Shown here piece by piece: positions 36,531-47,406 of a stretch of DNA of 64,000 bases. The position numbers were made by a program, and so were the translations under genes. The notes under the pieces are model-generated. The model ran no database searches. It was not told the origin of the DNA and was given only the letters and a program-made list of their open reading frames with translations. The DNA comes from Deltaproteobacteria bacterium (GTDB taxonomy: Bacteria; Desulfobacterota; JAENJC01). Where the stretch lies: contig JAUSKU010000076.1 in assembly GCA_030646755.1 (NCBI GenBank), forward strand, positions 5,162-69,161, read 5' to 3'. Numbering within the stretch: position 1 is the stretch's first letter; every line of letters starts with the position of its first letter.

Positions 36531-37549
36531 TTCTTGAGGTATGTAAATATATCAGCAGCAGCTATTTCATGAGATCTGGCGTTGGGGTGATGATCAATGA
36601 GATTGACTCGAAGAGATTCAACATCCAGCCCTTCAAATGCCGGCAGCAGGTCATGGGTGTAAAAACCTAACGTATTAGCCGTATCGCAGACTTTTTTATG
36701 TACCATTTTATAAGGATATTTATCTAAAAGTTCCATATAGGGATAGGCTATCAAGACAATAGGGATTTCTTTTTGTTTAGCAATATTGGCCATCCCGTAT
36801 AGGGCTTGTTTTACATATATCCATCCAGGATAATTTTCATTGTACTTTTCTATAGTATCCACTATGGCTGAATTCCCCCCTTCTCGCAGTCCAAGGCGGG
36901 CCAGTATTTGGGTGTATCTACCCAGAAAAAACAGGTAAAATCTGGAATTGTTGGTTAAGAACATATCAATTCTATTAGGGAGGGGCAAGGCATATGGCCC
37001 AGAATTATATTGAATGGCTAGATGACCATTTTTAAATCTGCGTTGGTTTGGCAGCAGGTCCTCCAAAAGAAACCGTTTTGTAGATGTTACATCGTTCAAT
37101 GTATATTCTACCAAGACCATGTCGGGTTGATATGCTAACCCATAATATCCGGAATCTACCGACCACGTTGAAGGGTTCAATCCCTTTTGTGTAAGAACAA
37201 TCAACTCCTGAACAGTATTTAGGTCAAGGAACCCTAAATTTATTACCTCAACCCTGGTTTCCGAGCTTTTGCTGTTAAGCAACGATTCCAGCCTGTACGC
37301 AAATGTCTCTTCCTTTTTTACCCCCATGCCGAAGGTGAAAGAATCTCCGAGAACAACAATTCTAAAGGTATTGGGCGGTTTTTGAAGGGTGTACCCTGCG
37401 TGCCTTAAGCTCCAGTCATACATCGTAGTCGGAACAATGCCTGGATAGAGAAAACGTACGGCAATCTCTGCCACAACAAAGAACAAGGAGATACTGCAGA
37501 GGGACAATATCAATCCTATGATGACATTTCTGGGTTTTTCATTGCCCAT
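36509..37549 (-). CDS. SGNH/GDSL-family hydrolase, paralog B
   Basis: FRIVVLGDSFTFGMGV; the architecture is colinear with 2503..3543. Confidence 0.7.
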   Translation of the reverse strand: MGNEKPRNVIIGLILSLCSISLFFVVAEIAVRFLYPGIVPTTMYDWSLRHAGYTLQKPPNTFRIVVLGDSFTFGMGVKKEETFAYRLESLLNSKSSETRVEVINLGFLDLNTVQELIVLTQKGLNPSTWSVDSGYYGLAYQPDMVLVEYTLNDVTSTKRFLLEDLLPNQRRFKNGHLAIQYNSGPYALPLPNRIDMFLTNNSRFYLFFLGRYTQILARLGLREGGNSAIVDTIEKYNENYPGWIYVKQALYGMANIAKQKEIPIVLIAYPYMELLDKYPYKMVHKKVCDTANTLGFYTHDLLPAFEGLDVESLRVNLIDHHPNARSHEIAAADIFTYLKKERLAPR

Positions 37550-37552
37550 ATC

Positions 37553-39487
37553 TTATTTGTTTACGGCCTCATTAAGGTGTTCTCTATACTCTATAGAATC
37601 AGGTTTTATTTCCAGTGCCTGTTTAAACATTTTAATAGCTCTTAATTTATTGCCTTCCTTCAATAATACCATACCCAAGGTATCCATATATTCCGGGGTA
37701 TCGGGCTCTATTCCTAATGCTTTTTCCGCATATTTCCTTGCATCCTCTAATCTCTTTCCATCATTAAGATAAAGCCATGCCAGATTGTTAAGGGCCTCGG
37801 CCTGCGTGTCGTCCAGACGTAAGGCCTCCACATATGCCTTTTCCGCCCCCTTCCTATCATCATTTCCCAAAAGGATAGAGCCGATGACCGAATTAATCTT
37901 GGCCTTGGTCACCAGATCCAACTCGAAAGAAAGAAGCCCCCTATATTCCTCAAGGGCCTCGCCCTTAAAGCCCGCTTTTTCCAGGCTGCTGGCATACGAT
38001 AACCTTAGTAAGCCATCGAATGGAAAGGCTTTCAGAGCATTTCTATATTCTGATACAGCTTCCCGATACATACCATTCTTCATATATATATTTCCCAATA
38101 TCTTCTGAGAATGTTCAGGTGGATATCTAAGTATGTTTAGGTTGGCAACTACGCCCATTAGCATAATAGATAGGATGACAATAAATGTTTTTTTGTAGTC
38201 TCTTTCTTTAAAATATGCATATGACCTATCTATGGAGAATGCCGCATAAACACAGAGGAATGGAACTATAGGGAGCCGGAACCTGCCGATTATATAGAAT
38301 AAAACCAGGGTAAACATGAAGATCAAGACTATCCCATAACTCAGGAGGTGCCCCCTCCAGTTTCCGAGGGAAAGAAACAATCCTATAATGACAAAAGGTG
38401 AAATAATGCCGAATGAAATCAGAGGTAAACTCAGGACTGTGGAAGAGTGTTTAACAAAGTAATAATCCACATTATTCGGAACCTCATACCAGTTCCAAAA
38501 CAAGAGAAACTTTTTGAAGGTAAGTCTGACAAATGCTGCCGGTTTTTCATAAATAAACCTTTTGCCTAAAGAGAACCAATAATTTGATATTTCCGAAGAT
38601 TTAAGCTTTCTCCCTAATAACTTTTCCGGAACCCCTCTCGTTCTCTCCTCCTCCCGTTGTGGAATCAATTTGTACAGATTGCTTGTTAGCGCCCCGCCGT
38701 CTGATTCAATATTGTTTCCTTGGAAAAAATTTATTCCGCCATTGTAAGTGACGAGCACAAAATCTCTTTCAACAATGTAATTCCGTATCGTGGCTGGAGA
38801 TATTATAAGCACAGTTCCAAGAATGAAGGCGCATATTGATGCTAAATCCTTTTTTCCCTTCCTTTTCCAGTCAACCCCCCATAATATAAATAAAGGGATA
38901 AAAAGGAGGACATTCGGCTGACTAAGGACTGTTAGACCAAGAACAATGCCTGAGATTAACCAGAGGGTTGAAGAATCTTTTTTTTTCGCCTTAAGCACCA
39001 ACAGGATGGCAAGAGTCGTAGTAAATGCAGCCAGCGAATTCTTTAATAACTCTCCATCCATGAATATGGAATATGAATAAAAGGCCCCTATGAGTCCGGC
39101 TATTCTGCCTACCCTTTTACTGAAAAGCTCCTCACCTATCCAATATGTCACCATCCAGGTAACGGAGCCCAAGAACACCTGTAAAACCCCTACAACTAAG
39201 TAATTATGCCCAAAGATGTGATAAACTATGGCGAGAAAATAGGCATAGAAAGGGGAAGCCCAGTAGACCTTGTCGCCTCCTATCCAATTACCTTGAGCAA
39301 TCCCCCATGCCCAGTCGTCGTAATATTGAGAATCCAGTTGCGGATTTGTTAAAAAAGGATGGTCTCTGATCTCGATGATATAAATAAGGCGGATGGAAAG
39401 AGCTATTATAAATATGATTAATGGCCAGGGATCTTTTGAGGCGGGAACAGTCCCCTTATCAGAAGTCTCCATCGCTTTTTGCATCAA
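37553..39487 (-). CDS. ArnT/PMT-like GT-C membrane glycosyltransferase with C-terminal TPR repeats
   Basis: [17 protein letters not shown]...WASPFYAYF loop after the first TM helix. The C-terminal 230 aa are TPR ([22 protein letters not shown]...). Confidence 0.65.
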   Translation of the reverse strand: MMQKAMETSDKGTVPASKDPWPLIIFIIALSIRLIYIIEIRDHPFLTNPQLDSQYYDDWAWGIAQGNWIGGDKVYWASPFYAYFLAIVYHIFGHNYLVVGVLQVFLGSVTWMVTYWIGEELFSKRVGRIAGLIGAFYSYSIFMDGELLKNSLAAFTTTLAILLVLKAKKKDSSTLWLISGIVLGLTVLSQPNVLLFIPLFILWGVDWKRKGKKDLASICAFILGTVLIISPATIRNYIVERDFVLVTYNGGINFFQGNNIESDGGALTSNLYKLIPQREEERTRGVPEKLLGRKLKSSEISNYWFSLGKRFIYEKPAAFVRLTFKKFLLFWNWYEVPNNVDYYFVKHSSTVLSLPLISFGIISPFVIIGLFLSLGNWRGHLLSYGIVLIFMFTLVLFYIIGRFRLPIVPFLCVYAAFSIDRSYAYFKERDYKKTFIVILSIMLMGVVANLNILRYPPEHSQKILGNIYMKNGMYREAVSEYRNALKAFPFDGLLRLSYASSLEKAGFKGEALEEYRGLLSFELDLVTKAKINSVIGSILLGNDDRKGAEKAYVEALRLDDTQAEALNNLAWLYLNDGKRLEDARKYAEKALGIEPDTPEYMDTLGMVLLKEGNKLRAIKMFKQALEIKPDSIEYREHLNEAVNK

Positions 39488-41043
39488 TGCCTGAAATGCC
39501 TCATACCTGTAAATACCATCGCCAGACCATGCTCGTTGGCTGCCTCTATCACCTCGTTGTCCCTTATAGAGCCGCCAGGCTGGATGATGGCCGTTGCCCC
39601 TGCCTCTGCGGCTGTATCCACACCGTCCCTGAAAGGGAAAAAGGCATCGGAGGCCACAACGGAACCTTTCAGGCCAGAGTGGGCCTTTATAGCCGCGATC
39701 TTTGATGAATCAACCCTCGACATCTGGCCAGCCCCTATGCCGACCGTCCTGTCCTCGAATGCATACACTATGGCATTGGACTTTACATGCTTGCAAACCT
39801 TCCATGCAAAGAGAAGGGCCTTAAGCTCTTCATCGGTTGGCTTTCTTCTTGTAACGACCTTTAGGTCTTTTTCTTCAAGGCTTCCAAGGTCCCTGTCCTG
39901 GACAAGGATTCCGCCAACCACCTTCTTTATGTCCATCCCGCCTGGATGGTATTTCGTGAATATGGGGGCCTGAAGGAGTCTGAGATTCTTGCTCCCCTTG
40001 AATATCTCCAGTGCCTCAGGGGAAAATCCAGGTGCAATCACCGCTTCCATGAAGGTTGATGTTACCTCCTGGGCTGTCTCCTCATCAACGATCCTGTTAA
40101 AACCGGCTACACCTCCGAAGGAGGATACAGGATCACCAGCCCTGGCCTTTCTATAGGCATCTGCCGGGTTACTGCCGGAAATGGCTACACCGCAGGGGTT
40201 TGTATGCTTTATCACAACAGCCGCTATCTCAGGGAACTCCTTGACCGTCTCGAAGGCTGCATCCAGGTCCAGGATATTGTTGAACGAAAGCTCCTTCCCC
40301 TGAAGCTGTCTTGAGTTGGATACGCAAGGCTCTCCGCTCTCCCTTTCCACGTAAAAGGCTGCGCCCTGGTGGGGATTTTCCCCGTACCTCAGATCCTGGG
40401 CCTTTTTATATTGCAACGTAAGGGTTTCAGGGAACTTCTTCTCAGGCCTTCTTTCCTCAAGTCTACCGAGATAGTTGGAAATGGCGCCGTCATATCTGGC
40501 AGTAAGTTCAAATACCTTCTTTGCCAGCCTGAAGTGGGTATCGGAAGAAAGGTGACCTCCGCTCTTTTTAAGCTCATCGAGGATGACGTGGTAGTCATCG
40601 GGATCGGTAACCACAGCCACATCCTTGTGGTTTTTGGCAGCAGAACGCAGCATGGTAGGCCCGCCTATATCTATATTCTCTATGGCCTCTTCGAAGGTGC
40701 ACCCTTTTGAGATGGTCGCCTCAAAAGGATAAAGGTTCACCACCACCATATCGATGGGCTTTATACCGTGCTCCTCCATGTCCTTCACATGCTCCGGGTT
40801 GTCCCTCATCCCAAGGAGACCGCCGTGGATCTTCGGATGAAGGGTCTTCAGCCTCCCGTCCATCATCTCAGGGAAACCTGTGTAATCAGAGACATCAGTC
40901 ACCTTTATCCCGTTTTCCCTGATCAGCTTTGCAGTCCCTCCGGTGGAAAGGATCTCAACCCCTAACTCTGAAAGCCCCTTGGCAAAATCAATTATTCCCT
41001 TCTTGTCAGAAAGACTGATAAGAGCCCTCTTTATAACGGCCAT
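39484..41043 (-). CDS. purH: bifunctional AICAR transformylase / IMP cyclohydrolase
   Basis: [24 protein letters not shown]...TGGTAK; 519 aa. Confidence 0.9.
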   Translation of the reverse strand: MAVIKRALISLSDKKGIIDFAKGLSELGVEILSTGGTAKLIRENGIKVTDVSDYTGFPEMMDGRLKTLHPKIHGGLLGMRDNPEHVKDMEEHGIKPIDMVVVNLYPFEATISKGCTFEEAIENIDIGGPTMLRSAAKNHKDVAVVTDPDDYHVILDELKKSGGHLSSDTHFRLAKKVFELTARYDGAISNYLGRLEERRPEKKFPETLTLQYKKAQDLRYGENPHQGAAFYVERESGEPCVSNSRQLQGKELSFNNILDLDAAFETVKEFPEIAAVVIKHTNPCGVAISGSNPADAYRKARAGDPVSSFGGVAGFNRIVDEETAQEVTSTFMEAVIAPGFSPEALEIFKGSKNLRLLQAPIFTKYHPGGMDIKKVVGGILVQDRDLGSLEEKDLKVVTRRKPTDEELKALLFAWKVCKHVKSNAIVYAFEDRTVGIGAGQMSRVDSSKIAAIKAHSGLKGSVVASDAFFPFRDGVDTAAEAGATAIIQPGGSIRDNEVIEAANEHGLAMVFTGMRHFRH

Positions 41044-41052
41044 TTTATCCTC

Positions 41053-41529
41053 CTACCTCTTAAGTTCCACAAGCTTTTTAAGATGCAGCATCTCTTCCCG
41101 TACGAGTTCATCAACTGCGGCAATATCGCCTTTATTTATCAGAGGCTTCATCCCTTGAAGAAAGAGTATCGAGTCCTTCTCAAACTCGATGGCCATATCT
41201 ATGGCATCTTTTTCGCTTTTTATCTCAAGGGCAGCCTCTTCCGCTTTAAGTTCGGTGGTAAATACCCTCGCATCTGCCAGGGCCTTGAGATAAAGGGTAT
41301 ACTCCTCGACTTCCGCAGGAGATAAATCCGAATCTCCTGTACTGAATCTCGACAATATTCCCTGAAACCTCTTTATATGGTTCTTTTCCTCACCTGCAAG
41401 CCAAACTATCAGCTCTCTGGCCTTGCCGTCAGAGACCTTAGTAGCGGCTTTGCCGTAAAAGGCAGCCCCGTTTTTTTCGATCTGGATGGCTATCTCCAGA
41501 AGTTCCTTCCCTGAAAATATTATCGACAT
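41053..41529 (-). CDS. ferritin-like/rubrerythrin-family protein (no rubredoxin domain)
   Basis: ExxH-type diiron helices (AGEEKNHIKRF; FEKDSILFLQGM). The ATG at 41529 has a GGGGAGG RBS. Confidence 0.5.
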   Translation of the reverse strand: MSIIFSGKELLEIAIQIEKNGAAFYGKAATKVSDGKARELIVWLAGEEKNHIKRFQGILSRFSTGDSDLSPAEVEEYTLYLKALADARVFTTELKAEEAALEIKSEKDAIDMAIEFEKDSILFLQGMKPLINKGDIAAVDELVREEMLHLKKLVELKR

Positions 41530-41578
41530 AAAAACCTCCCCTTTTATATGTAGAGACATAACATGTTACGTATCTACC

Positions 41579-43090
41579 TTATTTCCCCGTCGGCACACCA
41601 CTGGTAAGCAGGTATTTAAGGTCATCATCCTCAAACTTTATCCCGCCTCCGACGAACACAGAACGCCTGTCATTGTTGGCAATGTCATCACCCCCGCCCA
41701 CTAAAAACAGGTGTTTGAAGAAATCATAGCTGGCCGATGCCTTGAGGCGGGGGGTAGACTCTCTGTTGAAATCCCATGCATCTAGAGAGAGCTTCACCCT
41801 GTCCCTGAACAGATGGTAGTCAGCACCCACCCCTCCGGTAGATTCGACGATCCCACCTCTTACAGTCAGGTCATAGTACCTCTTGGCAATCTGGGCATTG
41901 AACTTGAGCCTGTCCGATGTCTTCTCTTCGTGGGTGGCAAGGGTAGTCCCATTAGTTGTGGTTACTCTGTCAGTAGTTGTACTGTACCCATCAGGGTCGT
42001 CCACTATCCCCAACAGATAGTATTTGTCAGGCTTTGGCTGGATCTTCAGGTTCAGGTAGCTCTTGGTCTCTTCCCTCCTGGTAAGGTACTCACCTCTGTA
42101 GTCTATGAAGAACTTGAAGGACTGGATCTTCGTAAAATAGTTATCAAGGCCTGTCAATGTGCTGTTAAGCTTCTCATAAGTTGTGTCCTCATTTATAAGC
42201 CTTCCTATGGTCCCTTCACCCTTCTCTATCTTCTTGGATACGTTGGTTATGGAGTCCAGTGTGTCCTGAAGCTTGCTTGATGCGGTCTTTATATTCTCCA
42301 CCGTGTCCTTGAGATTCCCTCTGTTCTCCTTGATTATATCGGAGAGGTTGTCCGCAGCGAGCTTCAGGGAGTCGGATATCTCCGGGGTCCTGTCCTTGAG
42401 GACCTTTGAAAACTCCTCAAGGTTAGCGATGGTCTGATTAAGCGCGTCCCTGTTCTGGCTGGACATCTCCCTCATGTCCTGGCTGAATGCCTCGAAGTTA
42501 TCTATCATCCTGCCAAGTTTGTTTTCAGTAAAAGCCATATTCAGGTTTTCGCTTATGTCCCGGATATTGTCTATTATGGCCCTTAAGGAATCCTTACCTT
42601 CTTCGCCGCCAAGGACCTTGTTCATAGAGGAAGTAACCCCTTTGATATCTGTTATGACATCCGATAGCTGGGAGAAGAGCTGGTCCATGTCCGCTGGGGA
42701 CGAGGCCTTGACTATCTCCTCTCCCCTCTTCAACTTCCTTGCCTGGGCTGAGCCTGGCACTATCTCAATATGCTTTTCCCCCATCAATCCCGTTCCCCTT
42801 ACAACCGCCTCAGAGTCCTCCGGGATATTGAGGCCGTCCGCTATCCTTAAGGTAAGCACTGCCATGTTGTCGGAAAGGCGGATGTCTTCAACCTTCCCAA
42901 TCTCAACACCGGCTATCTTCACAGGGGATTTAAGGTCCACGCCGGCCATAGTTTTAAACCTGACCTTGAGTGTGTACCCCTTTTCCTTCCCGAATTTGTA
43001 TTGGCCTATGGTCAGGGTCATGTATGTAAGGATCACAACACCTATGACAACGAATATTCCGACCTTGGCCTCTGTGGTAATCTGGCTCAT
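41579..43090 (-). CDS. mlaD: MCE-domain protein, MlaD-like with a long C-terminal helical extension
   Basis: N-terminal TM plus the MCE fold (KVGIFVVIGVVIL...GVDLKSPVKIAGVEIGKV); last in a mlaE-mlaF-mlaD gene order. Confidence 0.75.
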   Translation of the reverse strand: MSQITTEAKVGIFVVIGVVILTYMTLTIGQYKFGKEKGYTLKVRFKTMAGVDLKSPVKIAGVEIGKVEDIRLSDNMAVLTLRIADGLNIPEDSEAVVRGTGLMGEKHIEIVPGSAQARKLKRGEEIVKASSPADMDQLFSQLSDVITDIKGVTSSMNKVLGGEEGKDSLRAIIDNIRDISENLNMAFTENKLGRMIDNFEAFSQDMREMSSQNRDALNQTIANLEEFSKVLKDRTPEISDSLKLAADNLSDIIKENRGNLKDTVENIKTASSKLQDTLDSITNVSKKIEKGEGTIGRLINEDTTYEKLNSTLTGLDNYFTKIQSFKFFIDYRGEYLTRREETKSYLNLKIQPKPDKYYLLGIVDDPDGYSTTTDRVTTTNGTTLATHEEKTSDRLKFNAQIAKRYYDLTVRGGIVESTGGVGADYHLFRDRVKLSLDAWDFNRESTPRLKASASYDFFKHLFLVGGGDDIANNDRRSVFVGGGIKFEDDDLKYLLTSGVPTGK

Positions 43091-43096
43091 AAACTC

Positions 43097-43873
43097 CTAT
43101 TTTATATTTTCTGCCGTTATCGGCCCCTCTGCCCTTCCGTGGATAAACTGCTGCACTATCTCATTCTTGGAGTTTTTTATCTCGTCAGGAGTCCCGACCT
43201 CTATAATCTTACCTTTATAAAGCATGGCAATCTTGTCCGCTATCTTGTAAGCGCTGACCATGTCGTGGGTTATGGCTATAGAAGTCACCTTAAGCGTCTT
43301 CTTCAGATGGATGATAAGTTCATTTATCACATCAGCCATGATGGGGTCAAGTCCTGTCGTGGGCTCGTCATAAAGAAGTATCTCCGGCTCCATGCAGATG
43401 GCCCTTGCCAGGCTCACCCTCTTCATCATCCCGCCAGAAAGCTCAGATGTCCTGAGGTTTTCCACGTTAAAAAGCCCAACGAGCTTGAGCTTTTCTACGG
43501 CCCTTTCCTTTATCTCCTTGCCGGAAAGATTGGTATGCTGCTTCAGGCCGAAACCTACGTTCTCCCATACGGAGAGGGAATCAAAAAGGGCTCCTCCCTG
43601 AAAGAGCATCCCGAACTTCTTCCTTATATCGTTCAGTTCCAATTCCCTGAGAGAGGTAACCTCCTGCCCTGAAACATACACCTTACCTGCATCAGGCCTG
43701 AGGATGCCTATTATACACTTGATGAGGACACTCTTCCCGGTACCGCTCCCTCCAAGGACTACCATGCTCTCGCCCTTGTTGATCTCAAGGTCAGCACCCT
43801 GGAGGACCTTCTTGGAGCCAAAGGACTTATACAGGTCAACAACCTTTATCATCGGTTCAGAAAGTTCAGTCAT
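43097..43873 (-). CDS. mlaF: ABC transporter ATP-binding protein MlaF
   Basis: Walker A GGSGTGKS, signature LSGGM, Walker B LLYDEP. Confidence 0.85.
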   Translation of the reverse strand: MTELSEPMIKVVDLYKSFGSKKVLQGADLEINKGESMVVLGGSGTGKSVLIKCIIGILRPDAGKVYVSGQEVTSLRELELNDIRKKFGMLFQGGALFDSLSVWENVGFGLKQHTNLSGKEIKERAVEKLKLVGLFNVENLRTSELSGGMMKRVSLARAICMEPEILLYDEPTTGLDPIMADVINELIIHLKKTLKVTSIAITHDMVSAYKIADKIAMLYKGKIIEVGTPDEIKNSKNEIVQQFIHGRAEGPITAENIK

Positions 43874-43874
43874 A

Positions 43875-44645
43875 TCAAAAAAGGAATGCCGTTATAAAGT
43901 AATTTGAAATAAGTATCAGCATGGAAGATAGCACCACTGCCCTGGTAGTGGCTATACCTACCCCCTCGGCACCTCCCTTTGTATAGAAACCCTGATAGCA
44001 GCCAATAAGGGCTATTATTATGCCGAATACTGCGGCCTTTAAAAGTCCTCCGTATATATCTTCCATCTCCAGATACTCCTTGGTCCTCTTTATATAAACC
44101 GTTGGGTTTGCCCCAAGCAGGTTGACCCCTATTAAATAGCCTCCTATGATCCCTATCATGTCAGCTATGGCCGTAAGAATCGGAAGTACCAAAAAGGCCG
44201 CAATAAACCTCGGCACAATAAGGTATTTGACCGGGTTGGTCGCCAGGGTGAGGAGGGCGTCTATCTGCTCAGTCACCCGCATGGTCCCTAGCTCCGCTGC
44301 CATTGCAGCCCCGACCCTTCCTGAGACCATCAAGCCCGTAAGCACTGGGCCAAGCTCCCTTGTCATGGAGAGGGCCACAACCGTACCAACGAGGGACTCC
44401 GCGTTGAACCTCCTGAAGCCTGTATAACTCTGAAGGGCAAGGACCATCCCTGTAAATGTTGCGGTAATAAGGACCACGGGCATGGAGTTTACCCCAACCT
44501 GCTCCATCTGCCTAAGGATATCCCTAATGGCATAGGGAGGCCTTACAGCCCACTTTATGGTCTGAAAAAGGAGGAGGGCAATCCTCCCCGCCTCTTCTAT
44601 GAAGCGGATGATCTTTGCCCCGAGTATGTGAAAAAGTTTTAACAT
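43875..44645 (-). CDS. mlaE: ABC transporter permease MlaE
   Basis: MlaE/YrbE-family permease; 256 aa; multi-TM. Confidence 0.85.
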   Translation of the reverse strand: MLKLFHILGAKIIRFIEEAGRIALLLFQTIKWAVRPPYAIRDILRQMEQVGVNSMPVVLITATFTGMVLALQSYTGFRRFNAESLVGTVVALSMTRELGPVLTGLMVSGRVGAAMAAELGTMRVTEQIDALLTLATNPVKYLIVPRFIAAFLVLPILTAIADMIGIIGGYLIGVNLLGANPTVYIKRTKEYLEMEDIYGGLLKAAVFGIIIALIGCYQGFYTKGGAEGVGIATTRAVVLSSMLILISNYFITAFLF

Positions 44646-45748
44646 TTAGTTCTCACGTAAACCCTCGGCACCCTTCCCGAAACCCTGCAAAAAAGCTCAT
44701 ATGAGATAGTCCCTGCCCTCCTGGCCAGTTCGTCGGCAAAGCTCTCCATATCTCCCTGCCTTCCCCAGAGCACTACCTCGTCACCTACAACTGCCTCAGG
44801 GATATCGGTTATGTCAATCATAATCAGGTCCATGCACACCAGCCCTGCAATCTTTGCCATCTTTCCTCTTACAACTACTTCACCGACATTGGAAAGATGT
44901 CTTGGATACCCGTCGGCATAACCTATTGGAACAACACCTATAATGCTGTCCCGCTCAGCTATAAACTTCCTTGCATAGCTTACACTCTCACCCTTGCTGA
45001 TTCTTTTTATCTGAATTATACCACTCTTTAAGGTCATGACAGGCTTCAACTCTATTTTATCCCTAAACCAGATGGATGGGTAGGAACCGTACAGGGTTAT
45101 ACCTGGCCTCACAAGATTAAGGTAATCCGGGAATTCATCCCAAATCATTGCCGCACTATTTTCAATGTGAATATAATCTGGAGAAAATCCCAAAGATCTG
45201 ATTTGATTTATAGTTTCGGAAAAGACATGGAACTGTTCCTCCATGAACCCCCTATCCTTATTATCTGCTGTGGCAAAGTGGGAAAGTACACCTTCGATTT
45301 TTATGTTTTTAAGCTCTTTTACTCTTTTAAAAAAATATTCAATGTCGTCGGGCAGGATTCCCAGTCTCTTCATCCCTGTGTCTATTTTTACATGGACTGG
45401 AACAATTCTCCCAGCTCTTTCTGCCTCGCTGGAAAGCTCCTCTATGGTCTCTAAGGAATAAACTACAGGTGTAAGATCATATTTCAGTACAACCTCAGCC
45501 TCTCCCTGGAATATACCATTGAGAAGAAGTATGGGCTTTTTGATTCCGGCATCCCTGAGTTCAATCCCCTCCTGGAGAATAGCCACTCCCAGCATGTCAG
45601 CGCCGAGCCTCTCAAGTTCCCTTGATACCTTCACAGCACCGTGGCCATAGGCATTAGCCTTGACAACAGCCAGGATCTTCCTGTCTCCGGCCTTTCCCTT
45701 TATATTACTGTAATTGTGGCCAAGGGCATCCAGGTCTATCTCCGCCAT
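44639..45748 (-). CDS. alr: alanine racemase
   Basis: AVVKANAYGHG PLP-lysine motif. Confidence 0.85.
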   Translation of the reverse strand: MAEIDLDALGHNYSNIKGKAGDRKILAVVKANAYGHGAVKVSRELERLGADMLGVAILQEGIELRDAGIKKPILLLNGIFQGEAEVVLKYDLTPVVYSLETIEELSSEAERAGRIVPVHVKIDTGMKRLGILPDDIEYFFKRVKELKNIKIEGVLSHFATADNKDRGFMEEQFHVFSETINQIRSLGFSPDYIHIENSAAMIWDEFPDYLNLVRPGITLYGSYPSIWFRDKIELKPVMTLKSGIIQIKRISKGESVSYARKFIAERDSIIGVVPIGYADGYPRHLSNVGEVVVRGKMAKIAGLVCMDLIMIDITDIPEAVVGDEVVLWGRQGDMESFADELARRAGTISYELFCRVSGRVPRVYVRTKC

Positions 45749-45784
45749 GGTAGGCCTTCCAAACTCAATATTTGAAATTTTAGC

Positions 45785-46774
45785 TTATCCCCCTATCTGC
45801 GACATAGTCCTCTCAAAATCAAGCTCAGCCCTTCTGTCCAGCTCATGCCCTTCCGGCTTTATTCCCGCAGCCTTCATAAAAAGCTCCTTAAGTTCTTCCA
45901 GGGAAGCCCCTTCCCTGATAGGGGTCTTCATGTCCACACCTAGTTTTTCATTGAAGAGACAGGACCTCAACCACCCGTCGGAAGAAAGCCTTAACCTGTT
46001 GCACGATCCGCAGAAATGGTCGCTCATGGAGCTTATAAAACCTATAGTCCCTATAGCTCCCTTTATTTTAAAGGTCTTGGCGGGTCCCATACCTGCTCCC
46101 TTCTCAACCGTTTCGAGCTCAAAGACTTTCTTAAGCCTTTCTATAAGCTCGGCAGCCTTGATAAACTTCTTCTCTTTATGCAGCCTCAAATCTCCTATCG
46201 GCATGAACTCTATGTAACGGACATGTAGAGGCCTGTCGAAGGTCAATCTCGCCATATCCTCTACCTCGTCATCGTTAAACTCTGGGATTATAACAGCATT
46301 AAGCTTAACTGGTGACAGGCCTGCCTCAAGGGCGGCATCAACTCCTTCAAGAACGGCCCTAAGGTCCCCTCCCCTTGTGATCTCAAAAAACCTGTCAGGC
46401 CTCAGGGAGTCGAGACTGATATTTACCCTGTCCAGCCCGGCGCCCTTCAGCTCCTTTGCCAACTTTGAAAGGAGGAGGGCATTGGTGGTCATGGTTACCT
46501 CTTCGATCCCATCAACTTCTTTAAGCATGCCAACAAGTCTCGGAAGGTCCCGCCTTACCGTCGGCTCGCCACCTGTGAGCCTGACGCTCCTTATCCCAAG
46601 CCAGGCGCCTGCCCTTACTATCTCCCTTATTTCACCATAGTGAAGGACTTCATAATGAGGAATAAGGTTTACCCCTTCAGGCGGCATGCAGTATGTGCAG
46701 CGCATGTTGCACCTGTCTGTCAGGGAGATCCTGAGGTACTCTATCTTTCTGTTGTAAGAATCGGTGATAGGCAT
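45785..46774 (-). CDS. moaA: GTP 3',8-cyclase
   Basis: IEYLRISLTDRCNMRCTYC radical SAM motif and a C-terminal second cluster; start chosen at MPITD. Confidence 0.85.
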   Translation of the reverse strand: MPITDSYNRKIEYLRISLTDRCNMRCTYCMPPEGVNLIPHYEVLHYGEIREIVRAGAWLGIRSVRLTGGEPTVRRDLPRLVGMLKEVDGIEEVTMTTNALLLSKLAKELKGAGLDRVNISLDSLRPDRFFEITRGGDLRAVLEGVDAALEAGLSPVKLNAVIIPEFNDDEVEDMARLTFDRPLHVRYIEFMPIGDLRLHKEKKFIKAAELIERLKKVFELETVEKGAGMGPAKTFKIKGAIGTIGFISSMSDHFCGSCNRLRLSSDGWLRSCLFNEKLGVDMKTPIREGASLEELKELFMKAAGIKPEGHELDRRAELDFERTMSQIGG

Positions 46775-46811
46775 ATGATTTTTGTAAGGGCACAAGGGCC
46801 ATGCCCCTGCC

Positions 46812-47306
46812 TTATGGTTTACGTTTGTATTCCCCTGACTTTCCGCCAGCCTTATACAAAAGGCCGATGTTCTCGAAGGTCATCTCCTTGTCTACGGCCT
46901 TGCACATATCATATATCGTAAGGAGTGTAGTGGTAACGGCGGTAAGGGCCTCCATCTCAACCCCTGTCTGACCCGTGGTCTGTACCCTGGCCTCCACATC
47001 AATGGACACAAGGCCGTCATCGTCCGGAACCGGGTTTTCCTTGAAGTTTATGCCTATGCCGGTAAGAAAGAGAGGATGGCACATTGGAATAATCTCGGAT
47101 GTCTTCTTTGCCCCCATTATGCCAGCCACCTGGGCCACAGCCAAGACGTCACCCTTCTTCATCTTTCCTTCCAGGATGAGTTGCAACGTCTCTGGTTTCA
47201 TACATACCCGTCCTCCGGCAATGGCAACCCTACTGGTTGCCTCCTTGCCGGAAACATCCACCATCCTTGCCCTTCCCTCAGAATCAAAGTGTGTAAACCT
47301 TTCCAT
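46812..47306 (-). CDS. moaC: cyclic pyranopterin monophosphate synthase
   Basis: [24 protein letters not shown]...; the internal ATG was chosen because the upstream ORF-track extension lacks homology. Confidence 0.8.
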   Translation of the reverse strand: MERFTHFDSEGRARMVDVSGKEATSRVAIAGGRVCMKPETLQLILEGKMKKGDVLAVAQVAGIMGAKKTSEIIPMCHPLFLTGIGINFKENPVPDDDGLVSIDVEARVQTTGQTGVEMEALTAVTTTLLTIYDMCKAVDKEMTFENIGLLYKAGGKSGEYKRKP

Positions 47307-47355
47307 GCCGTTATCATGCCACCTTGAGGCCTCATTGTCAACTGGCAAATAACTC

Positions 47356-47384
47356 TTGACTAAAACCCCAAACCGTCCTAAAAT
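47356..47384 (+). promoter_or_regulatory. sigma70-like promoter for moaDE in the divergent moaC/moaDE intergenic region
   Basis: TTGACT (47356..47361), 17-bp spacer, TAAAAT (47379..47384). Confidence 0.45.
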
Positions 47385-47406
47385 GCCTTCTTTATAGGGA
47401 CTTTTT

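Noticed and set aside
36303-36572. 89-aa plus-strand ORF in the SGNH/membrane-protein junction
   Set aside because: It has no RBS or homology. The region is better explained by the minus-strand TPR remnant and coupled gene starts.
39479-39973. 164-aa ORF antisense to purH
   Set aside because: It is a shadow of the highly conserved purH.
47356-47406. Possible Moco riboswitch in the moaDE leader
   Set aside because: The leader is only ~25 nt after the predicted -10, far too short for the ~130-nt Moco RNA motif, and no conserved motif elements are seen.
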